Below are positions 9,679 through 16,632 of a stretch of 16,632 nucleotides of DNA, piece by piece. A program made the translations under genes and the position numbers. Source of the DNA: Tubiluchus corallicola (Eukaryota > Animalia > Priapulida); the NCBI GenBank assembly GCA_030141605.1, contig JAQGDQ010002504.1, positions 1-16,632 of the forward strand. The letters are read 5' to 3'. Numbering within the stretch: the first letter of the stretch is position 1; each line of letters starts with the position of its first letter. The notes below the pieces were generated by a model that was given only the letters and a program-made list of their open reading frames with translations, did no database searches and was not told the DNA's origin.

Positions 9679-10418
9679 TGGCATCAATAAAAATAGAACG
9701 GTATATAAGAAACGAAATGAGCGGAAGACAAAAAGCAACATTTGAAAATGAACTTTTTGAAGACAAATACCTGCAAAAAGAGTATATGTTTCAACGAGAT
9801 TTAATATCTCAAATAGAGGCGTTGAGAAAAAAAGAACTAAAAGCAAGGCTAGAACGCCTTACTCCTCAAGCAACTATCAAAACTACTAATAAATTATATA
9901 AGGGAATTGCCGCATCTATGCTTGCTGGCGTAATGTTGGCCGCCACCTCATATTACTTTATTAAAAGTAGTGACGAAACACAAGATGAAGTAGAACCAAA
10001 GACAATATTTCAAAAAAACACCAATGCCATCAGCCCTGAAAAAACCATTGAAATTAGCAATGAAAAAACTAAACAACCTCAAGATATAGTCAGTGAAAAA
10101 CCACATGAAACCATAAGCACTAAACAACAAGAAGATGCCCCCATTAGTAATAATAACATAAGTATTTTAATTACACATGAAAAAACAAAGTTCCACTACA
10201 AGTTCAGCAATAATAAACTTTCTCTCTATGGAAACTTTGGGAACTCCCCATATGAAATTTTACCCTTCACTCAAAATAACTCCTTTAAATACTATCTTTA
10301 TCACAATTCCGAATTCTATTTTATAAAAGATAGTACAGTAAAGCTAACCGAATTAACAAAAGTAACGAAAAGCCACCTAATAGAAAAGCTAGAACAACAA
10401 AGACAGCAAAACAACTAG
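9678..10418 (+). CDS. Putative single-pass membrane anti-sigma factor, 246 aa
   Basis: TAATG stop/start overlap with the ECF gene at 9676-9680. Helical N-terminus IERYIRNEMS...FENEL typical of Bacteroidota anti-sigma domains, one TM helix (GIAASMLAGVMLAATSYYFI), a polar linker and an aromatic beta-rich C-terminal domain. Confidence 0.8.
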   Translation: MASIKIERYIRNEMSGRQKATFENELFEDKYLQKEYMFQRDLISQIEALRKKELKARLERLTPQATIKTTNKLYKGIAASMLAGVMLAATSYYFIKSSDETQDEVEPKTIFQKNTNAISPEKTIEISNEKTKQPQDIVSEKPHETISTKQQEDAPISNNNISILITHEKTKFHYKFSNNKLSLYGNFGNSPYEILPFTQNNSFKYYLYHNSEFYFIKDSTVKLTELTKVTKSHLIEKLEQQRQQNN

Positions 10419-10425
10419 CGCAACT

Positions 10426-10470
10426 AAACAACAAGGGGGAGTTAAAAAAACTCCCCCTTGTTGTTTTCTC
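10426..10470. terminator. Probably bidirectional intrinsic terminator between convergent genes
   Basis: Perfect 18-bp inverted repeat AAACAACAAGGGGGAGTT (10426-10443) / AACTCCCCCTTGTTGTTT (10449-10466) with an A5 loop. T-rich on the 3' side of both strands, starting 8 nt after the anti-sigma stop. Confidence 0.88.
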
Positions 10471-10480
10471 TAAGCTCTCT

Positions 10481-11739
10481 CTATTTTACCCCGAATGTGC
10501 TGTTTTTTTTATTAGAGTTTTGCTGTTGTTTCTCCGTTTTTTTGTGGGTTTTTGCTGTCTTTTTTGGGCTTACGTTGCACGGTGTTGAGCTTTTTTTCGG
10601 AATCACTTTGTTCTTAATATTCCTCCACAAGTTAGGTTGCTTGTTCTCTTTCTTGTACGCCTTGTCAATACTTTTCTGACCCTTGCGGCAATTAATATAC
10701 TTTTTGCATGTTCAACAAAGAAAGAACATGCTTTAATAAGGTCTTTAAAATCTTTAATTAAACTACCGATAGTAGTTATAAATGTTAGTAAACCCACTCC
10801 TGATTCTAATTTCTTTAACTTAGCAGAAATTTCGCATAAAAGAATGATTATATTACATGCATCAATAAGTGCGTCTTTAAGATGATTTCCACAAGATGTT
10901 AAAAGGTATTTCCACATATCATCTATCATGGTGTGATCTATTTTATTTAGCCACCTTTCTACTTTTGCGATTAACTTTAAAGCCTTATCTATGGTATTAA
11001 CAAGGTTATTAGCTCGTTCTTTTTTAATAAAGCCTTTATTTCTTCCTTCCGTTATTATTTTTTTTAAGCTTTTTAGCCCTTCCTTCACTTTTTCCGTGTC
11101 CAATAATTTGTCAGTCAGAGTCAAATCACGAGCCGTAGGGGTTATGGGAGCAAGCAAACGTTTCAAGGTTTCCGCTGCTGTCAACGTATTTGAGTTAAAA
11201 ACTTTATTAAAGCCATCATTAAAGCATTTAATGGCCCTTGTCCCATTATTTAGCCATTTCATGGAAGAAGTATTCCATTTTTTTAAGGACTTCATATTAT
11301 TTATAAAACTGAGTTGATTTGATCCTTTTATAAGAATGCTGTGATTTAATGTTTGTTCGATAAATTCTAGTATTTCCAAATAATCTTTTGGTGAAAAATC
11401 TGCAACTGTTACTTTATCTATCTTATCTGCAGCATCAGATATATCATCAAAATATTCCTTTTCATCGCTTATCCTCTCTAACAATGTTTTCAGCTGCATA
11501 AATTCTGTTCTTTCTGAATTTTCATTCAAAATACGTAGAGCATCACCGGCTATTTTACAGATATCCGAAAGGGCCTTAGAAGATGTCTTGACTATAGAAA
11601 TAGCGGCTCTCTTTCTATTTTCTGCCTTGGTTGATTTAAGCGTCCTTATCCCTTCCCGCAATTTTTTTACGTTATTGATTATAGGATGAACTTTATTAAT
11701 TTTGTCAATAAGTTTGAATAGGTCTTCTTTTTCTGGCAT
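10481..11739 (-). CDS. Hypothetical, mostly alpha-helical protein; 378 aa as given (10603..11739), about 419 aa if a 1-nt frameshift near 10701-10705 is repaired
   Basis: Long ORF with ATG at 11739, an upstream TAnnTTTG element and a downstream terminator. The -1 frame is open from about 10711 to TAG at 10483-10481. No family recognised. Confidence 0.8.
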
Positions 11740-11765
11740 AAGAGTATTTATTTTTGGTAACGCAG

Positions 11766-11773
11766 CAAAACTA
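11766..11773 (-). promoter_or_regulatory. Bacteroidota -7 promoter element for the - strand orphan gene
   Basis: The minus strand reads TAGTTTTG (TAnnTTTG), 26 nt upstream of ATG 11739. No well-spaced -33 TTTG was found. Confidence 0.55.
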
Positions 11774-11916
11774 ACTCAAAAGAGTCTTAAAAAGAGGGTT
11801 CTGGCAAATGCTACTTAAAAATCTAAAAAAATATTTATTGCAAATTATAAGTATGTAGACAAAAACTACCACACCTGTTTTTGTGAACAAGTATCTAAAA
11901 TTTTAAATACATTGCC

Positions 11917-11947
11917 TTGATTATAAACACAATTTTATTTAGATTTG
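11917..11947 (+). promoter_or_regulatory. Bacteroidota primary-sigma promoter for the hypothetical-GT2-pdxJ-rsmA-mgtE operon
   Basis: TTG at 11917-11919, 20-nt spacer, TAGATTTG at 11940-11947, 45 nt upstream of ATG 11993. Confidence 0.7.
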
Positions 11948-11992
11948 CATGCATCAAAAAGTTTAAGTTAATCCTAACAAATACTGCAAAAA

Positions 11993-13089
11993 ATGTCTGC
12001 AACAGGTATTAGAAAAGATAGAATAGAAGAGTATAGCAGAAGCTTTGCTGATTGTATATTTAACTCTTTCTATAAAGATCAAGATTTTTTTACAGGAGAA
12101 GATATACTCACCTTATGCCACATCGAACAAGTTAATAGGCTAATAATAAAAATATTGTTTGACCACTGGCGACAAGACATAGAAAAGATGTATCAGACCC
12201 CTTATTTTAACTACAAACATAAAAATGTGCAAGTCGCCCTAAAGGAGTTTATGAATATTGCCTCCAAGCATATTCTTGTAAATAAACAAAACCTAAAACC
12301 TTTAGTGGAGACTGCAATATCAAAAAGCATAACTTTAATATTTTGCCCATCAGAGTTTTATAAAAATGAAATTCATCAATTTTCCTCCCTAAATTAAGTA
12401 TCAACAATTTGGTGGATTTAAAAAAATATATTAAAATTAACAATCATTATCTAAATATAATGATTGAAAAAATTGAAGCTTTACAGGTTAAAGAAATACT
12501 GCAAACAAAAGCACTATCTATGCTTCATGAAATAGAAAGCAACCTTAATACAAAAAAAGAGAAGAGCCGCCATGAAATGAAACACTACCTAAACGAATAT
12601 TCTCAGGTAGCCCCCTTAACAATAGAGGATATATTTGAATCCTCTCCCCTCCCTGCTCCAGAGCCTGTTCCAGAAAAAAACATCCCCATAAAAGTAAAAG
12701 AGCCCTCCTTGCAAGAAGAAGAACAACAACAAACTAACAAAAACAAAACAACGACAATAGAGCAAAATCAACAAGAAAATGCAACTCCCCAACAAATACA
12801 AAAAGTATTAAAAAAAGATGCCCCCTCCCCTTCCAATACATTAGTATCAACATTTTCAAGTCTCAAAAAAAATGTTACTATCAATCAACGAATAATGTTC
12901 ATTAATAACCTCTTTAATAAAGACGAATCAGAGTTTGAAGCAGTAATTAACTTTCTTGACAACTGCAATAATTATAAAGACGCCCTCAATTTTATTCAAC
13001 TTAATTATGCAGAACCCAACAATTGGGACATGAACTCAGAAGTGTTAGAAGAATTTATAGAGTTAATAGAAACAAGATTTAGAGAATAA
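11993..13089 (+). CDS. Conserved Cytophagales-type hypothetical protein, about 365 aa, split by one frameshift at about 12370-12394
   Basis: ORFs 11993..12397 (frame 2) and 12409..13089 (frame 1) join with one added base (T4 at 12380-12383 or the adjacent CCC). Frame 1 is open from 12370 (...LPKLSINNLVDLKKYIKIN). I recall the N-terminal TGEDILTL..IEQVN...PYFNY and C-terminal INQRIMFINNLF...NWD blocks occurring in one protein, joined by a P/Q/E-rich linker; this was not checked against a database. Confidence 0.72.
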
Positions 13090-13102
13090 AATATATCTAT
13101 AC

Positions 13103-14143
13103 GTGAAAACACAAAAGCACCCTTTGGTGAGCATATTAATATTGAATTATAATGGTAGAAAGTTTCTACCGAAATGCTTCAAAACAGTACTTGCATCCAC
13201 CTACCCCAACAAAGAAATCATTTTGATTGATAACAAGTCCACAGACAGCAGCGTAAATTATACCAAAACCTATTTCCCTACAATAAAAATACTACAATTA
13301 CAGTCTAATAGCGGATTTAGTAATGCATATAATAAAGCATTTAAAATTGCCAAAGGGAAATATTTTGTCGTACTAAACAACGATGTAAAAGTAAAGAAAG
13401 ACTGGTTAGAACCTCTTGTTGAAGAGGCTGAAAAGGACTACTATATTGCATCATTACAGCCAAAAATTTTATCTATGCTCAAGCCCAAAGAGTTTGAATA
13501 TGCAGGGGCATCTGGAGGGTTTATAGATATTTATGGTTACCCATTCGCAAGAGGAAGAGTGGTATTAGATGTAGAAAAAGATCAGCAACAATATGATGAT
13601 GTTGCAAGAGTGTTTTGGACAAGCGGGGCTGCTATGTTTATAAGAGCAGAAGTACTGAAAAAAACAGGAGGATTTGACAATAGCTTTGTGCATCATATGG
13701 AAGAAATAGATCTGTGTTATAGAATGAATTTAATGGGATATAGATTAAAGGTTGTTCCACAATCTGTAATTTATCATTACGGCGGCGGGGTAATTAATTA
13801 TGAAAGCTACAAAAAAGATTTTTGGAACCATAGAAACTCTGTGTTAATGCTTTTCAAAAATATGGAATTTAAAAATTTATTGAGAATAATCCCTATAAGA
13901 GTATTTTTTGATTTTCTTACAGTGCTGTGGTCAATAAAAAATTTGAAGTTCAAGCGAGCATTAGCCATACACCATGCTTATTTATGGTTGTTATTTCACA
14001 TAACTATAATCCCTAAAAAGAGAAAAAAAATACAAAAAGAGAAAAAGTGCGACAAAGACATATTTAATATTATATAAAAAAAGTTTGGTAATCAACTATT
14101 TCTTCCGAAAAAAAAGACCTTCAATAGTCTATATGAATCATAA
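13103..14143 (+). CDS. Family 2 glycosyltransferase (WbbL/RfbF-like); ORF stops at 14077 as given, true end probably 14143
   Basis: Motifs VSILILNYNG, IDNKSTDSS, NSGFSNAYN, LNND, FEYAGASGGFID.YGYPF.RGR, SGAAMFIR, EEIDLCYR and IYHYGG. GTG start. The expected tail YKKSLVINYFF-RKKKTFNSL is present across frames 3 and 2 at 14073-14143. Confidence 0.9.
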
Positions 14144-14879
14144 TATAATAGAAAATAGAACAAAATTAAGCGTCAATGTAAACAAAATAGCCACTTTGCG
14201 AAATTCACGAGGCGGCAATAGTCCCAATTTAATACAAGTAGTCAAAGATTGTACGCATTTTGGCGCAGATGGCATTACAGTACACCCCCGGCCTGACGAA
14301 AGGCATATTCGCCGTCAAGATGTATTAGACCTTGCCAAAATAATAACCACGGAGTTTAATATAGAAGGATATCCCAGTGAAAAATATATAGACTTGATAA
14401 AAAAAATAGCTCCAACACAGGCAACATTAGTCCCTGATCCTCCTGATGCTTTAACCTCTAACCAAGGTTGGGACACAATAAAACACGCTGGATTTTTAGA
14501 AAATGTGGTTAGACAATTGAAAAAAATTAACATTAGAGTATCAATATTTGTAGATCCCATTCCCACAATGGTAGAAGGAGCTGCAAAAATAAACGCTGAT
14601 AGAGTAGAGCTATATACCGAACCTTTTGCATCTCTTTTTTCAAAAGACAAGGAAAAAGCTATTTTACCATACATAGAATCAGCTAAAAAAGCTAAAGAAT
14701 TGGGTTTAGGAATAAATGCGGGGCATGATTTGAATTTACAAAATCTACTTTTCCTGAAACAAAATATTCCTTACTTAGATGAGGTTTCCATTGGGCATGC
14801 TCTCATTTGCGATGCGTTATATTACGGAGTAGAAAACACTATTCAAATGTATAAAAACAAGTTATTACCTGTTATTTAA
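14133..14879 (+). CDS. pdxJ: Pyridoxine 5'-phosphate synthase, 248 aa
   Basis: Motifs KLSVNVNKIATLRNSRG, GITVHPRPDERHIR, EFNIEGYP, TLVP, RVSIFVDP, VELYTE, INAGHDLN and EVSIGHALI. ATG at 14133 is the likelier start than TTG 14085. Confidence 0.97.
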   Translation: MNHNIIENRTKLSVNVNKIATLRNSRGGNSPNLIQVVKDCTHFGADGITVHPRPDERHIRRQDVLDLAKIITTEFNIEGYPSEKYIDLIKKIAPTQATLVPDPPDALTSNQGWDTIKHAGFLENVVRQLKKINIRVSIFVDPIPTMVEGAAKINADRVELYTEPFASLFSKDKEKAILPYIESAKKAKELGLGINAGHDLNLQNLLFLKQNIPYLDEVSIGHALICDALYYGVENTIQMYKNKLLPVI

Positions 14880-14880
14880 T

Positions 14881-15712
14881 GTGCAAAACAAAAACAACTT
14901 AAATATTTTAAAACAAAAAGTAAGAGCTAAGAAAAGTTTAGGACAACACTTTTTAAAAGACAAAAATATTGCACAAAAAATAGTAAATTCTACCCTCACA
15001 TCTTCCCCAACCTCCCACATAGTAGAATTAGGACCTGGAACAGGCGTTTTAACACAGTTTTTGATTGAAAAAACAGTAAAAGGTTTGTTAACTGCCATTG
15101 AAATAGATAAAGATGCTGTAACATTTTTAAAACAACTCTTTGCAAACACTTCTTTGCATATCATAGAAAGAGACTTTTTAAAAATGAATTTATCAAAAGA
15201 TATCAATGGTGAGTTTATACTAATAGGTAATTTCCTTGCAATATATCTAGCCAAATATTTTTAAAGTACTTGACAACAAGCAGCAAATAATTCGAAATTG
15301 TTTGTGCTAAAGAAGTGGCACAACGAATTTGTTCGAAGAAAAAAGTAAAATATATGGCGTTTTAAGCGTTTTATTGGGGCATGCTTGAAGAGAATACCTA
15401 TTTGAAGTTTCCCCAGAAGTATTTTCTCCTCCTCCAAAAGTAACTTCTGCCGTTATACGCTTGACAAGAAAAAAAAACATACACCTATCGTGTGATGAGT
15501 CCCTATTTAAAAAAACAGTTAAACAAAGTTTTCAAAAACGGAGAAAGACGTTGAAAAATTGTTTAAAATCATTAAATTTGCCAATGAACTTTTATATAGA
15601 AAACAACAGTTTTTTACAACAACGAGCGGAACAACTATCTGTACAAGAATTTATTGATTTGACGTCAAAAATAGAAAATCATGTCAGAAAAGATAAAAAT
15701 AACACCGTTTGA
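14881..15712 (+). pseudogene. rsmA: 16S rRNA adenine dimethyltransferase RsmA/KsgA, disrupted by several indels at about 15230-15390 (probable sequencing error; real pseudogene not excluded)
   Basis: KKSLGQHFL, VELGPGTGVLT, IEID and IGNF in frame 1. Then fragments in shifting frames: PCNISSQIF, KVLDNKQQI, KEVAQRIC, SKIYGVLSVLLG, EYLFEVSPEVFSPPPKVTSAVIRL, FQKRRKTLKNCL and RAEQLSVQEFIDLT. Confidence 0.92.
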
Positions 15713-16632
15713 ACTGACAAACGAGTTTTTAAAGAAAGTAACTCAAGCTATTGAGGAAAATAATGCCGTTTTCATTAAGAAAAGTATACAAGGTGTGCCT
15801 TTTGAAGATATTTCCACACTCCTTAACGAATTAGACGCTCAAGATGCAAAGTACGTAATAGGCTTATTGGATAATGAGATTGCTGCAAAAATCATTAATA
15901 ACTTAGACCAAGATATAAGGGAGGACTTTCTTAAATTATTTGAAGCCAAACAGATATCTCAATATATAGAAAAGCTAGAAACAGATGACGCTGTAGATAT
16001 ACTTAACGAATTGCCAATAAAAAAGCGAGAAGAAACACTGTGCAATATTAAAGATAGAAAAAAAATGCATTTTATCTTGGAACTATTGCGATATGAAGAG
16101 GATTGTGCTGGAGGGCTAATGGCAAAAGAACTTGTAAAAGCCAATATTGATTGGAACATAGATCAATGCATAAAAGAGATAAAAAGGCAAGCTGAGAATG
16201 TAAAAAAAATATACTCTGTCTACGTGGTAAATAGAGATAATGAATTACTTGGTCGCGTGTCATTAAAAAAGATTCTCCTATCAAATGACATCACAAAAAT
16301 AGCTGATATATATGAAAAAAAGCAGATATCAGTATTCACCTACCAAAATGAAAAAGAGGTAGCTTCTATTATGCAAAAGTATGACTTGGATGCTATTCCT
16401 GTTGTTAATGTAGAAAACAAACTACTAGGAAGGATTACCATAGATGATATACTGGACGTAATAAAGGAACTGGTAGATGAGGAACGACAATTGATGACTG
16501 GTATTACAGAAAATGTAGAAGAAGATGACTCCATTTGGAAAATATCACGGTCAAGGCTTCCTTGGCTTATTATTGGCTTAGCTGGCGGTATATTGGGATC
16601 AAAAGTAATAGGAATCTTTGAAGAAGAATTAG
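15681..16632 (+). CDS. mgtE: Magnesium transporter MgtE, 3'-truncated; absent from the ORF track because there is no stop in the window
   Basis: Frame 3 from ATG 15681 is open to the window end: MSEKIKITPFEL...LETDDAVDILNEL...YEEDCAGGLMAKE, a CBS pair (IYSVYVVNRDNELLGRVSLKKILL; MQKYDLDAIPVVNVENKLLGRITIDDILDVI) and a first TM segment SRLPWLIIGLAGG. Overlaps the rsmA end by 32 nt. Confidence 0.96.
   Translation, partial: MSEKIKITPFELTNEFLKKVTQAIEENNAVFIKKSIQGVPFEDISTLLNELDAQDAKYVIGLLDNEIAAKIINNLDQDIREDFLKLFEAKQISQYIEKLETDDAVDILNELPIKKREETLCNIKDRKKMHFILELLRYEEDCAGGLMAKELVKANIDWNIDQCIKEIKRQAENVKKIYSVYVVNRDNELLGRVSLKKILLSNDITKIADIYEKKQISVFTYQNEKEVASIMQKYDLDAIPVVNVENKLLGRITIDDILDVIKELVDEERQLMTGITENVEEDDSIWKISRSRLPWLIIGLAGGILGSKVIGIFEEEL

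Noticed and set aside
10458-10679. Hydrophobic 73-aa + strand ORF as a type I toxin or immunity peptide
   Set aside because: It starts inside the terminator stem with TTG, and its Phe/Leu richness mirrors the A-rich tail of the - strand gene.
10637-11317. + strand ORFs 10637..10885 and 10991..11317
   Set aside because: Antisense shadows of the - strand orphan, lying downstream of a terminator and lacking motifs.
10426-11992. Orphan gene as a mobile element or prophage remnant
   Set aside because: No transposase or integrase motifs, terminal repeats, target duplications or tRNA, and the promoter is host-type.
14085-14132. TTG start and N-terminal extension of pdxJ
   Set aside because: The sequence matches the expected GT2 tail, and PdxJ similarity begins after ATG 14133.
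14315-16534. - strand ORFs overlapping pdxJ, rsmA and mgtE
   Set aside because: All are antisense to clearly identified + strand genes.

Overview
AT-rich bacterial chromosomal DNA (roughly 30% GC by eye), very likely Bacteroidota of the Cytophagales type, judging from TTTG/TAnnTTTG promoters and the gene families present. Order on the + strand: a 5'-truncated TolB/PD40 beta-propeller + Omp85-barrel protein with a degenerate peptidase-like N-terminus; a thioester-bearing alpha-2-macroglobulin with no pbpC beside it; an ECF sigma factor with a translationally coupled membrane anti-sigma; and a perfect 18-bp hairpin terminator. On the - strand follows an unrecognised helical protein of about 419 aa after repair. 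A divergent operon then carries a conserved hypothetical protein, a GT2 glycosyltransferase, pdxJ, rsmA and a 3'-truncated mgtE. Five genes are broken by small apparent deletions, mostly in homopolymers, which looks like long-read error rather than biology. No rRNA, tRNA, CRISPR array or mobile element was seen. The best novelty candidates are the - strand orphan and the Omp85/alpha-2-macroglobulin/ECF envelope cluster; their proposed functions are inference.
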